Shown: positions 48,819 through 57,894 of the stretch, in pieces
Layout of the letters: every line of letters begins with the position of its first letter
How positions within the stretch are numbered: position 1 is the first letter of the stretch
NCBI GenBank assembly: GCA_964552945.1
Contig: CAZKIP010000004.1
Span: 25,794 to 89,793, forward strand
From: an uncultured Methanosarcinales archaeon
Lineage (GTDB): Archaea > Nanobdellota > Nanobdellia > Woesearchaeales > GW2011-AR9
Direction of reading: 5' to 3'
Length of the DNA stretch: 64,000 nt
Position numbers and translations under genes: made by a program
Notes under the pieces: generated by a model
Told to the model about the DNA's origin: nothing
Databases searched by the model: none
The model's input: the letters and a program-made list of their open reading frames with translations, nothing else

Positions 48819-49985
48819 GCCACTTAAGAAAGGGTAAACTAAGTTTAGAAGTAAGACAATTAGAAAGAATATGCTTACCTTAGCATAATATCTGTCTCCT
48901 TTTTCTTTCCCCTTTAACCTCTGAAGGAATACTTGGGCCATTCTTCCACCATCAACAATAGGTAGAGGAAGCAAGTTGAAAATTCCAATACCTAAACTTA
49001 ATAGGAATAACCATCTTAAAAAACCGGTGAACCAAGTTATAAAACTATGAATAAAAGTCCAAAATGAAGATTGATATTTCTCTTTAATTTCGTACTCATT
49101 TTTAATTTCTTTAATTCCCAAGAACCCTCTCTTAGGAAAATCTGGATTTTGTGCTAGAGTGATAGTGTAATCTTCTATTTCGGTATTAATTGTTATTTTT
49201 TCTCCAGGCCTATAAACTCTCAACTCTTCACTAAATTCTTCAAACTTAGTAATCCCTTGTCCGTTAATTCCATTAACTATTGTTCCAGGAAGTATTCCTG
49301 CTTTAGCAAAAGGCAAATCTTCACTTACATAGCTATCAAAAGTAAAACCATCTCCTGTAGCCATTCCAGATAGGGCAGGGGCTATTAAAGTTAGGAGTAG
49401 TAATGCTAAGACTGCTAGAACAATGTTAGAGAATGAGCCTGCAGCAAGAACGGAATATTGTACAATGTCCTCTTTTTTTCTTAATTGATTTTCATCAGGT
49501 TCAACAAATGCTCCCAATATTGGACCAAGTAAAACAATTCCCGTATTTTTTACTTTTAATTTGTGAGCCATTGCTACAATTCCGTGAGAGAACTCATGAA
49601 CAACGGCAATAATAAAAATGGCTATAATCCAATCCCAAAAAGGAAGAATCCCTAGTCCAGGAACGGTCATTCCAGGGTAAACTAAAGAAGCCGAGGAAAC
49701 AATTTCTTCAACTGTAAAGTATTCAATTAATGTTCTAACTAAATAATATGAGATGAAAACTAAACCTACAAAACCAACTCCTACTCCAGTATAACCAAGA
49801 AGAATAACCCATTCACGGAACTTTTTAGAATATTTGTCCATCCATTTAATTCCCCATTGCATACGATAGAGAAAAATTACTTTTGCCTGAACATCAACTT
49901 TCTTTCTTTTTAGATAAAGGAAGAGAATTATTAGTAAATAGAATAAAAAAATAAATTTGTATTTTAAAAAAATTTCTACAAGCAT
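48810..49985 (-). CDS. Site-2 protease (M50) with a PDZ-like insert
   Basis: HEFSHG, GAFVEPDE, AGSFSN, FNLLPLPIVDGG. Confidence 0.93.
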   Translation of the reverse strand: MLVEIFLKYKFIFLFYLLIILFLYLKRKKVDVQAKVIFLYRMQWGIKWMDKYSKKFREWVILLGYTGVGVGFVGLVFISYYLVRTLIEYFTVEEIVSSASLVYPGMTVPGLGILPFWDWIIAIFIIAVVHEFSHGIVAMAHKLKVKNTGIVLLGPILGAFVEPDENQLRKKEDIVQYSVLAAGSFSNIVLAVLALLLLTLIAPALSGMATGDGFTFDSYVSEDLPFAKAGILPGTIVNGINGQGITKFEEFSEELRVYRPGEKITINTEIEDYTITLAQNPDFPKRGFLGIKEIKNEYEIKEKYQSSFWTFIHSFITWFTGFLRWLFLLSLGIGIFNLLPLPIVDGGRMAQVFLQRLKGKEKGDRYYAKVSIFFLIVLLLNLVYPFLSGLF

Positions 49986-50009
49986 AGTTAAAAGAAAAAA
50001 CAAGAGTAT

Positions 50010-50174
50010 TTATTTCTTTCTCTTTGGTCTAAGCTTTTTAGTGGCACCTTTTCCCCTTCCTCTGATCTTACCAGCTTGTACTTTAAGAGGGTTTGCCCTA
50101 ATCTTACGCTTTGTTTTTCGATCTACGAAAATGTTCTTAAACAGGCGCTTTTCAGCTTCTTCAAATTTAGCCAT
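50010..50174 (-). CDS. rpl40e: 50S ribosomal protein L40e, cysteine-free variant (not in the ORF track)
   Basis: Hand translation MAKFEEAEKRLFKNIFVDRKTKRKIRANPLKVQAGKIRGRGKGATKKLRPKRKK*. Has L40e-type ends (MAxFxEAExRL...LRPK), a GAGG RBS, and lies directly downstream of aIF5A. Confidence 0.8.
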   Translation of the reverse strand: MAKFEEAEKRLFKNIFVDRKTKRKIRANPLKVQAGKIRGRGKGATKKLRPKRKK

Positions 50175-50185
50175 TCTTTATATCC

Positions 50186-50584
50186 TCATTTAACTTGCTT
50201 CATTATCTTTGATCCCATTATTGTCCAGTAAAGGACTTCTTTACCTTCTGCTACTTGATCTTTAAGTTCTTCAGGGATATCAAGATCCATTGTTTCATAA
50301 CTTTCTAAGTCCATCACACTGGCAGTGTTTCCAGAAACTGATAACACTTGTGCGGTTTTCTTTTCAATTATTGGGGCTTCAACTTTATCGTGCCCCGGCA
50401 TGGTTAGTTGTCTTTTTTTACCATCTATAAGGCCAACTGCCATTAAATTTACTTTTGCGTGACCATGTTTTCCTGGTCGTGATGTTGAGGTATCAATAAT
50501 TTTACATGCGACACCATCAATAATGATTGTTTCTCCTTTCTTTAATGAACCTACACTGATTGTTTTCTTTTCATAATCACTCAT
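50186..50584 (-). CDS. eif5a: Translation elongation/initiation factor aIF5A
   Basis: Hypusine motif SRPGKHGHAK; ATG 50584 after GGTGG. Confidence 0.97.
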   Translation of the reverse strand: MSDYEKKTISVGSLKKGETIIIDGVACKIIDTSTSRPGKHGHAKVNLMAVGLIDGKKRQLTMPGHDKVEAPIIEKKTAQVLSVSGNTASVMDLESYETMDLDIPEELKDQVAEGKEVLYWTIMGSKIMKQVK

Positions 50585-50595
50585 GATAACCACCT

Positions 50596-50805
50596 TTATT
50601 TAATTGCTAACAAAATATCTTTTTCAGTTATTGTTTTTCTGCCAGCGTGCTCAGCAAATTTCTTCGCTTCATTTGAAATTTCTAGAGCCTTTTTCTCAAG
50701 AGCTTCAGCCAATGCCGCTTTTGCATCATCTGAAACACGTAATCCCCCTGCCTCACGCATAATTTTATCCATTGCGTTATGAGAGAGAAATCTCTTTTTT
50801 GTCAT
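50596..50805 (-). CDS. Archaeal histone (HMf family)
   Basis: KIMREAGGLRVSDDAK...HAGRKTITEKDI. Confidence 0.95.
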   Translation of the reverse strand: MTKKRFLSHNAMDKIMREAGGLRVSDDAKAALAEALEKKALEISNEAKKFAEHAGRKTITEKDILLAIK

Positions 50806-50877
50806 GAATAAGCAGAATAATGTACCATTTTTAAAGTTATCGATACATTTTTGCTTTATTTACCCAAAAATCCTTAT

Positions 50878-51546
50878 TTAAGGCTTGAAATAATCCCATA
50901 TTTTTCTCGGTTTTTTACTTCTAAGGAGGCCGTTTATTTCTTTTTCAACTTCTTTCATATTGGGATATTGAAGTTCTGCTCTCTTAAAATCTGGAGAATG
51001 ATATGAACTTCGCCCATTTTTGTGGTTAAATTTGAAATGTTTATGCAAAAGTTCGTGATACATTAAATAATCAAGAATGTGTGTTGGAGCGTCTTTAAAG
51101 AGGGTAGAAATTGTTACTGTATCATCATGGAAGTTATAACAAGCTAATTTTCTTCGCGAATCTGTCCCCCACTTTATGTTAGGTTTTTCCATTTCATTTT
51201 GGAAAAAAAGTTCATTAATTCGATTGAAAGAATGATCTAAATAGGGTTCATTTTCTTTTTTCGGAGTTAAAATGTGGATATTTTTAATGAAATTGTGATA
51301 AAGTTCAATATTTGGAGTGTTTTTTTTATTTTTGAGAATTTTTCCCAGTAGGTGTTGGATTAACCCTATTTTGATTTCTTCATCTATATCCTTCCATTGC
51401 AAGTTTAGATGTACTTTTATCAAGTTTCTATGGAGGGTAATGTTAGCATTGAATGAAGAAAGTCGACGATTGTATTCTAGGTATGTTTGATATAGGAACT
51501 CTTTGTTTGGAAAAAGTCTTTGATAGGATTCTTGGATGAGATTCAT
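50878..51546 (-). CDS. SprT/YgjP-like zinc metallopeptidase
   Basis: LDYLMYHELLH...HSPDF. Confidence 0.75.
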   Translation of the reverse strand: MNLIQESYQRLFPNKEFLYQTYLEYNRRLSSFNANITLHRNLIKVHLNLQWKDIDEEIKIGLIQHLLGKILKNKKNTPNIELYHNFIKNIHILTPKKENEPYLDHSFNRINELFFQNEMEKPNIKWGTDSRRKLACYNFHDDTVTISTLFKDAPTHILDYLMYHELLHKHFKFNHKNGRSSYHSPDFKRAELQYPNMKEVEKEINGLLRSKKPRKIWDYFKP

Positions 51547-51570
51547 TTTATTATTCTAATTACACTGTAA

Positions 51571-52680
51571 CTACCCTATCTCAAATCTCAAAATAGCAGC
51601 AATTCCACCTAAATCTTTCAGCTGAACACCTTCTCTAGTTTCTGTAGAAATAATCTTTACTTCTGAACCACCAGCTTGAGCTTTCTCTTCTAAATCAAAA
51701 ATCTTGTCTTCAGGAAGTGTTTCTGATAGAAATAAAGTAGCAATAGCGTTCATATCAAGGGCTTTAAGGATTTCTTTTTCTCCATAAGCTGCCTTGTTTG
51801 GATTATCTCTAAAAACTGCAAAAAAGGATTGCATAGCCTCTTTCTCTTGAGCAACTTCTTCCTCCGCTAGAAGATCAGAAGATTTATCCAGCAATTCTTG
51901 TAAGCCAAAATCTCCGGTATAAGAAAGGTCTTTGGTTCCGATAATCTTCTTCTTTAGGTCACCTGTCAAATAATCTTTATTTATGAAATCTTGTATGGTT
52001 GTTCCAGGACCACCAATAATTATTCCTTTCAAATTGTTTCCTAAATGAAGAAGTTGTTCTTTCATATGCTCTGAAATCTTTTTGAAATGGTCTTTGTATG
52101 CACCTTCTCTTTGTCTTGCAAACCTTTGTGCTGATTGCCCACCCGCTTTAAATTTTCCAGGAACTTCTGAATGTGTTTTCTTTAATGGAACAATGGTTTT
52201 CCCTTTTAGTAAAGCAATCACAGCATCTCTTCTATCCAATACAACAAGGCCATATACGTTATGTTCTACTAACATCTCATTGAGGATGTCGGTAACAAAC
52301 ATCTTGTCACAACGATAGATTCTGGTGTTTAATGGAACAGCTGGTTCAAAACTCCATACTTTGATGTCTAATTTACCTTCTCCGGCTGCAACATTTCCTG
52401 AGAATACTGCTAAACCATTTGGTGGAGTTCTTCCAATAGTTTTCAGATGTTGAATCATTTTTTCTAGAGCCATCTGAACATTTTTTCTGGTAGAAGCAGA
52501 TTTAATATTTGCAGCAGTTCCATATTCTTCTTGTAAGTGCTGTTGAATTTTGATTAAATCATATCCTGCAGGTACATAGACAGTAACAAATTCCGTGTGA
52601 GGAGCGCGGTAGCTAACTAACTCTTTGATTAACCTTTTTAGTTTCAATCTTTCTTGTGCAGTTAAGCTTGCCATATTCAT
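51571..52680 (-). CDS. prf1: Peptide chain release factor aRF1
   Basis: TAANIKS, YRCD, GGQSAQRF, GGIAAILRF. Confidence 0.96.
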   Translation of the reverse strand: MNMASLTAQERLKLKRLIKELVSYRAPHTEFVTVYVPAGYDLIKIQQHLQEEYGTAANIKSASTRKNVQMALEKMIQHLKTIGRTPPNGLAVFSGNVAAGEGKLDIKVWSFEPAVPLNTRIYRCDKMFVTDILNEMLVEHNVYGLVVLDRRDAVIALLKGKTIVPLKKTHSEVPGKFKAGGQSAQRFARQREGAYKDHFKKISEHMKEQLLHLGNNLKGIIIGGPGTTIQDFINKDYLTGDLKKKIIGTKDLSYTGDFGLQELLDKSSDLLAEEEVAQEKEAMQSFFAVFRDNPNKAAYGEKEILKALDMNAIATLFLSETLPEDKIFDLEEKAQAGGSEVKIISTETREGVQLKDLGGIAAILRFEIG

Positions 52681-52740
52681 ATATTATAGAAGATTGTTTA
52701 TAAAGATAACTGCTCTTAATCCTATTCAAGAATATAATTC

Positions 52741-52813
52741 TTGTATACTAGGGCACGGCGCCATTATGAGCTTCATGCCTTCAGCCCATCGCCTCCTTGG
52801 CGCTAGTATACAA
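52741..52813 (-). ncRNA. Candidate structured small RNA with a K-loop (L7Ae-binding motif)
   Basis: An 11-bp terminal inverted repeat encloses a GC-rich core. On the minus strand, the AUGGGCU/AGCUCAU stem closes CUGA-AGGC-AUGA. G.U pairs in this stem favour the minus strand. Confidence 0.55.
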
Positions 52814-52819
52814 AAAACC

Positions 52820-53302
52820 CTATAAGGCTTTAGAAATCTTAGAAATAAATTCTTTCTGAGTAATTTTCTTAGAAGTATCAAACACAACAACTTTGTGCCC
52901 CCTTTCCTTGGATTCCATTAAACATATTTGAAATATCTCTGCATCCAAGTTCTCCCTTATTTTTTTCTTACTATATTTTCGTTCTTGCAACCTTTTTTCC
53001 AGTTTCTTTAAGTTTGAACAAATTAAAATAATGGATAACTTAACCATGCTTTTTGGAAGAAGATGGGATATATGAGAATCCAAAATAAGATTGCCCTCTT
53101 TCAATTTTGATTTAACAAATTTCTCTAACTTTTTGATATCGATATCATAACATTTTTTTGATTTGTCATATCCTGTAGAAATCTCTTTATAATGGTCATG
53201 CAAATTGATTCTTTTGTAATTTAATTTTTTTTCTAATAAAAGAGCTAAAGTAGATTTACCTGTCCCAGGAGAACCAGAAATTGTGATTAGATTAAACTTC
53301 AT
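52820..53302 (-). CDS. Adenylate kinase, Fap7/AK6 family
   Basis: GSPGTGKST, LDSH (hhhH-type Walker B), RKYSKKKIRENLDAE. Confidence 0.88.
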   Translation of the reverse strand: MKFNLITISGSPGTGKSTLALLLEKKLNYKRINLHDHYKEISTGYDKSKKCYDIDIKKLEKFVKSKLKEGNLILDSHISHLLPKSMVKLSIILICSNLKKLEKRLQERKYSKKKIRENLDAEIFQICLMESKERGHKVVVFDTSKKITQKEFISKISKAL

Positions 53303-55029
53303 TTGGATTTCTTTTTCTTATCCTTTTGTCTATGCCTAATATGATGATGTCTCATGAATCTATGTACAAGATGTTGGTGGAAAACCGATTCAATTAATAA
53401 TATTATTAAGAATAAAACTACAACATATCCAACAATGATCCCCAAATCTATCCAGACATCTTTTAGAGTTGATCCGAAAAGAAATAATTCTCTAACTAAA
53501 CTTTCTGAGAGAACAAATGGATTAAACAAGGCAATGTTACGGATTACTGCAGAAACACTTTCCAAAGGAAGGATTAAACCAGAGAATAGAAGAAATAAGC
53601 TGCCTAAGGAAATTGTTGCTAATACACCGGTTTCTTCAGATTTGAAAAGATAACCAACAATCATTCCTAAAAAAGTAAATACGGATGAAGAGATTAATAA
53701 CACTAAAGCGACAGCAGGAATCTTCTCCAATGCACCTTCCAGGAAAATTAAGGAAATTCCCAAGATAATGGTTATTTGAACTATGTTTAAAATTAGATTT
53801 GTTAAATAAATAGAACTTATGAAAGTTATTTTTCTAACTGGAAGGAAAAAGTTTCTTTGGAAAGCCGGACTATTTTTTTCCATCATTACTAAAGTTGTTC
53901 CCAGTACTAAGGAACTAAACATAATTACTAAAATAAGTAAACTTGAGAAAAGATAGTTTAAGTAAGTGCTTTCTTCATTAACAGTTTCAATTTTTGTAGT
54001 AATTGGCGAAGTAATTGTATCCACTTGGGTAACTTTAACTCCATCGACTTTCTTTTTCAATTCATCAACCTTACTTTGAACATTTTCTAAAGAAGCTAAA
54101 CTTTCTTTAAGATTGGCATTTACGCTACTTAAATCATTGTTACTTGAACTTATTTTTTCAGTTGCTGTTTTTAATTTTGTACTAATAGAATTTAATTCTA
54201 TATTCATATCTGTTACGATACTATCTAAGTTAGGAGAAGTGTTTCCTTTTAATCTTGAAATGGCATTATCTAATTCTTTCTCTGCATTTCCAATTAAGAC
54301 AAGTATGGGGGTTTTAGAAGCATTGCTTAATGAAGACACGCTTACCTTGGATTGTGCATCTTTTAAGAGTGTTCTTCCTTTTTTAACATCGGCATCTATG
54401 GTGTCTATTATACTCACATCATACCCCGAGGAATAAACTTTTAGGTCTAAACCTCCTAAGTTTGAGGTGGCAGATTCAGCTGATGTAGAAGCCCCACTTG
54501 TTTTATCTTTAATTGCATTAATTACTGGTTGGTTTTCAGATAAGAAATTTTTTGTATCTGCCAATTTAGAAACAAGGTTTTGGGTAAGTCCTTGAGAGAT
54601 TTCTTGAGATTTAATATTAAATTTATTCTTAACAGTTTCTTGAATCATCCAAACTAAATTAATTCGGCTTCTGTCAAGATAGAAAGTAACTTCTCTAGCT
54701 TCATTACTTTCAACGCTTAGACTTTCGGGTAAAGATAAACAAACATGGATGCTTCCTTTTTTAATTTGTTTTAAGCAATCATCTAACGATTCTTCATATT
54801 TAGTTATGGTAAATTCTTCATCTTGTAATATATTGATGAACTCGTTAACATCATCGGTAAAAGAAGTACTATGTACTCCAATGTTAAGCTCATATTGAGC
54901 AGAATTATTGAACGATAAACCAATAATAAACATTAATAATAGTGGAGCGAAAATTACGATAAGGGCGGAACCTTTCGCTCTAATTAACAAACGAAGGTTT
55001 TTCTTAGTAAGTAACCACAACTTTTTCAT
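53299..55029 (-). CDS. ABC-2 type permease with a large coiled-coil extracellular domain (YhgE/Pip-like)
   Basis: N-terminal TM, long heptad-rich region, six C-terminal TMs with FSGLILPLE. Confidence 0.85.
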   Translation of the reverse strand: MKKLWLLTKKNLRLLIRAKGSALIVIFAPLLLMFIIGLSFNNSAQYELNIGVHSTSFTDDVNEFINILQDEEFTITKYEESLDDCLKQIKKGSIHVCLSLPESLSVESNEAREVTFYLDRSRINLVWMIQETVKNKFNIKSQEISQGLTQNLVSKLADTKNFLSENQPVINAIKDKTSGASTSAESATSNLGGLDLKVYSSGYDVSIIDTIDADVKKGRTLLKDAQSKVSVSSLSNASKTPILVLIGNAEKELDNAISRLKGNTSPNLDSIVTDMNIELNSISTKLKTATEKISSSNNDLSSVNANLKESLASLENVQSKVDELKKKVDGVKVTQVDTITSPITTKIETVNEESTYLNYLFSSLLILVIMFSSLVLGTTLVMMEKNSPAFQRNFFLPVRKITFISSIYLTNLILNIVQITIILGISLIFLEGALEKIPAVALVLLISSSVFTFLGMIVGYLFKSEETGVLATISLGSLFLLFSGLILPLESVSAVIRNIALFNPFVLSESLVRELFLFGSTLKDVWIDLGIIVGYVVVLFLIILLIESVFHQHLVHRFMRHHHIRHRQKDKKKKSK

Positions 55030-55031
55030 TT

Positions 55032-55976
55032 TTATGCCTCAAGCACAATATCTTCAAATATTTCGTTAAGTGAAGGTTTACGTAAATCCATGTTATGTAA
55101 ATAAAGTCCTTCTTCTTGAATCGTGCTTAGAAGACTATTAACAGTCTTACCAACATGTTCAGGATAAATAATTAAACTATGTCCCTTGTCTACAATTTTC
55201 TTTATAGGATATTGTTTGAATTTCTCAATTAATTCTTCTTTGTTTTGTTGAGAGTGAACGCTTATCGTGAAATGGTCTCTTAAGTAAGGCTTTTTGATTT
55301 CTTCCATTAAACCATGGGTGTGTACTTTCCCTTTGTGAACAATTGCAACTTTGTTACAAATTTTTTCAATGCTTTCTAAATGATGAGAAGCTATAACTAT
55401 TGTAATTCCTTGTTCATTAACATCTTGAATAAGGTGAAGAATTTCTTTTTGTAAGATTGGATCTAAATCTGCTGTTGGTTCGTCAAGGATAAGTGTTTTA
55501 GGTTTATGTACTAAACTGCAAGAGATATCTAACCTCTTCTGCATTCCTCCGGAAAGATGTTCTGCAAGTTTATGTTTGTGATCATATAATCCTGTAATTT
55601 TGAGTAGGTTTTTGATGTTAATTACTAAAATGTCTTTCTTCATACCATATAATAATCCGAAATGTAACATATTTTCAGCAACGGTCAATTTTGGATAGAA
55701 TGAATTATGTTGGGGAGTGAAACCAATGCTTTTTTTCAATTTGTGAAGATTCTCATTTAAATCTCTTTCTTCATTGTTAACATTAGAAAATACAACTATC
55801 TCTCCTTCGGAAGGTTCTAAGAATCCAGCTACAAGATTTAGGAGGGTAGTTTTTCCACTTCCAGATTGACCAATTACACCTAAAATGTCTCCTTTCTCAA
55901 TAGTTAAATTTACTTTACTAAGTACTGGAGCCTTTCCATAACTCTTACTAACCTCTTTTAATTTGATTAAATCCAC
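55032..55976 (-). CDS. ABC transporter ATP-binding protein
   Basis: GQSGSGKTT, LSGGM, LILDEPT, ASH. Confidence 0.96.
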   Translation of the reverse strand: MDLIKLKEVSKSYGKAPVLSKVNLTIEKGDILGVIGQSGSGKTTLLNLVAGFLEPSEGEIVVFSNVNNEERDLNENLHKLKKSIGFTPQHNSFYPKLTVAENMLHFGLLYGMKKDILVINIKNLLKITGLYDHKHKLAEHLSGGMQKRLDISCSLVHKPKTLILDEPTADLDPILQKEILHLIQDVNEQGITIVIASHHLESIEKICNKVAIVHKGKVHTHGLMEEIKKPYLRDHFTISVHSQQNKEELIEKFKQYPIKKIVDKGHSLIIYPEHVGKTVNSLLSTIQEEGLYLHNMDLRKPSLNEIFEDIVLEA

Positions 55977-56124
55977 AAAAGGATGAATTAATAGAGATAT
56001 ATAAACTTTTTGGGGAGTCTCCTATTAATTATTTACAATATTTACTTTTAGAAATCATGATGAATTCGTCATCAACCGGTTGTGGGGAAGATTCTTAAAT
56101 TGTAACTTTGCTTCTTTATCTAAA

Positions 56125-57849
56125 ATGAGTGACATCTTAAGGGAAGTTTCTAAAAAAACTGAAGAAAATGAATTTTTCAACTCCGTACCCGAAAATTATG
56201 TTCAAGGAAAAACAAAATTTGTAGTTGTTTCTGGAACAGTTATGTCAGGTTTAGGAAAAGGTATTTTTGCTTCTTCCTTAGCTAAACTATTGCAATTGAA
56301 AGGATTGAATGTAACATTGATGAAATTTGATGGGTACCTTAACGTTGATGCAGGAACTTTGAATCCTTTTAGACATGGAGAGGTTTTTGTTCTTGATGAT
56401 GGTACCGAGAGTGATATGGATATAGGAACTTATGAACGTTTCTTGGGTAAAAATTTGACCAAGAACAATTATTTAACTGGAGGAAAACTATTTTCTAAAA
56501 TTCTTAGTCAAGAAAGAAAAGGAGATTATTTAGGAAGAGATGTCCAATTTATTCCTCATGTAACGGGAGAAATAAAAAATTTTGTTCGTAGTTTAGCTAT
56601 GAACTCTGGAGCAGACGTGGTATTTGTAGAGATAGGTGGAACCGTTGGAGATGTTGAAAACAATTATTTTATTGAAGCTATGCGTGAATTGAGTTATGAG
56701 GAAGGTAGGCAAAATGTTTGTCAAGTTGCTTTAACCTACGTTCTTTCTCCTGCTTTTTTAGGTGAACAAAAAAGTAAGGCAGCACAATTGGGTTTAAAAC
56801 AACTATTAGCCTTGGGGGTTCAACCGGACATTATTGCTTGTAGATGTGAGAATGTTGTTACAGATAAAGTTAGGGAAAAAATTAGTATGGCTGCCAATGT
56901 TCCTTTCTCAAGAGTTGTAAGTGTGCATGATTCTGAGAGTATTTATTTAATTCCAAAATTGCTTGAGAAAAGTAAATTAGATGAACAAACAATTGATTTA
57001 TTAGGAATTAGGGATCGTGTAAATCCTGACTATGAAGCACGTGAAAAATGGGAAAACTATGTTTTTAAAACCCAACATTCTGAAAGAAGAGAACTTGTTA
57101 TTGGGGTTACGGGGAAATATACCTCTTTAAGAGATTCTTATGCTTCAATAATTAAGGCTCTAGAACATGCAGCAACCACTGAAGGGGTTAAAACAAAATT
57201 AAAATGGATTGATACTTCTGATTTAAATGAGCAAGAAGTTGCAAAAGAGTTGTCCGATGTAGATGGAATAATTGTTCCTGGTGCGTTTGGTTCAAGAGGT
57301 GCCGAAGGAAAAATTAATTGTATCAAATTTGCTCGTGAAAATAAAATTCCTTATTTAGGATTATGCTATGGCTTTCAAATGGCTGTAATTGAATTTGCAA
57401 GAAATGTTTGTGGGTTATCTTCAGCGAATACAACCGAAATTGAAGCTAATTGTCAAGAACCAGTGATTGATATTCTTCCTGAACAAAAACAAATTTCTTC
57501 TTTAGGAGGAAATATGCGCCTGGGTGGCCAAGATGTGGAAATAAAACCCGGAACTAGGGCAGAAGAGTTGTATGGTAAATTATCTGTAAGGGAAAGGTTT
57601 AGACATCGTTGGGAATGTAATCCCGATTATTTAAGTAAACTTCAAGATAATGGTTTAATATATTCAGGAAGAGCTCCAGGGAGAGAGATAATGCAGATCC
57701 TAGAACTTCCTAAAACCATTCATCCGTTTTTTGTTGGTACCCAATATCATCCAGAGTATCTTTCAAGGCCTTTGGAACCCCATCCACTATATATTGGTTT
57801 TATCAGAGCTATCCTAACAATTTTTGCCGAAAAGGATAAAAATCTTTAA
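56125..57849 (+). CDS. pyrG: CTP synthase
   Basis: SGLGKG, NVDAGT..PFRHGEVFV, GLCYGFQ, ERFRHRWE, QYHPE; ATG 56125 preferred. Confidence 0.97.
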   Translation: MSDILREVSKKTEENEFFNSVPENYVQGKTKFVVVSGTVMSGLGKGIFASSLAKLLQLKGLNVTLMKFDGYLNVDAGTLNPFRHGEVFVLDDGTESDMDIGTYERFLGKNLTKNNYLTGGKLFSKILSQERKGDYLGRDVQFIPHVTGEIKNFVRSLAMNSGADVVFVEIGGTVGDVENNYFIEAMRELSYEEGRQNVCQVALTYVLSPAFLGEQKSKAAQLGLKQLLALGVQPDIIACRCENVVTDKVREKISMAANVPFSRVVSVHDSESIYLIPKLLEKSKLDEQTIDLLGIRDRVNPDYEAREKWENYVFKTQHSERRELVIGVTGKYTSLRDSYASIIKALEHAATTEGVKTKLKWIDTSDLNEQEVAKELSDVDGIIVPGAFGSRGAEGKINCIKFARENKIPYLGLCYGFQMAVIEFARNVCGLSSANTTEIEANCQEPVIDILPEQKQISSLGGNMRLGGQDVEIKPGTRAEELYGKLSVRERFRHRWECNPDYLSKLQDNGLIYSGRAPGREIMQILELPKTIHPFFVGTQYHPEYLSRPLEPHPLYIGFIRAILTIFAEKDKNL

Positions 57850-57894
57850 GCCGAACATAATATTTATAAATTGATGACTATCTTGGAGAAAGTA

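Noticed and set aside
49957..50193. 78-aa plus-strand ORF
   Set aside because: Antisense shadow of the L40e gene.
52741..52813. HDV-like ribozyme, fluoride riboswitch or tRNA fragment as the identity of this element
   Set aside because: GCCUCCU..GGC and GGCGAUGG resemblances are partial. There is no P1.1/P4/catalytic C arrangement, no UCGCC partner for a fluoride aptamer, and no cloverleaf or T-loop.
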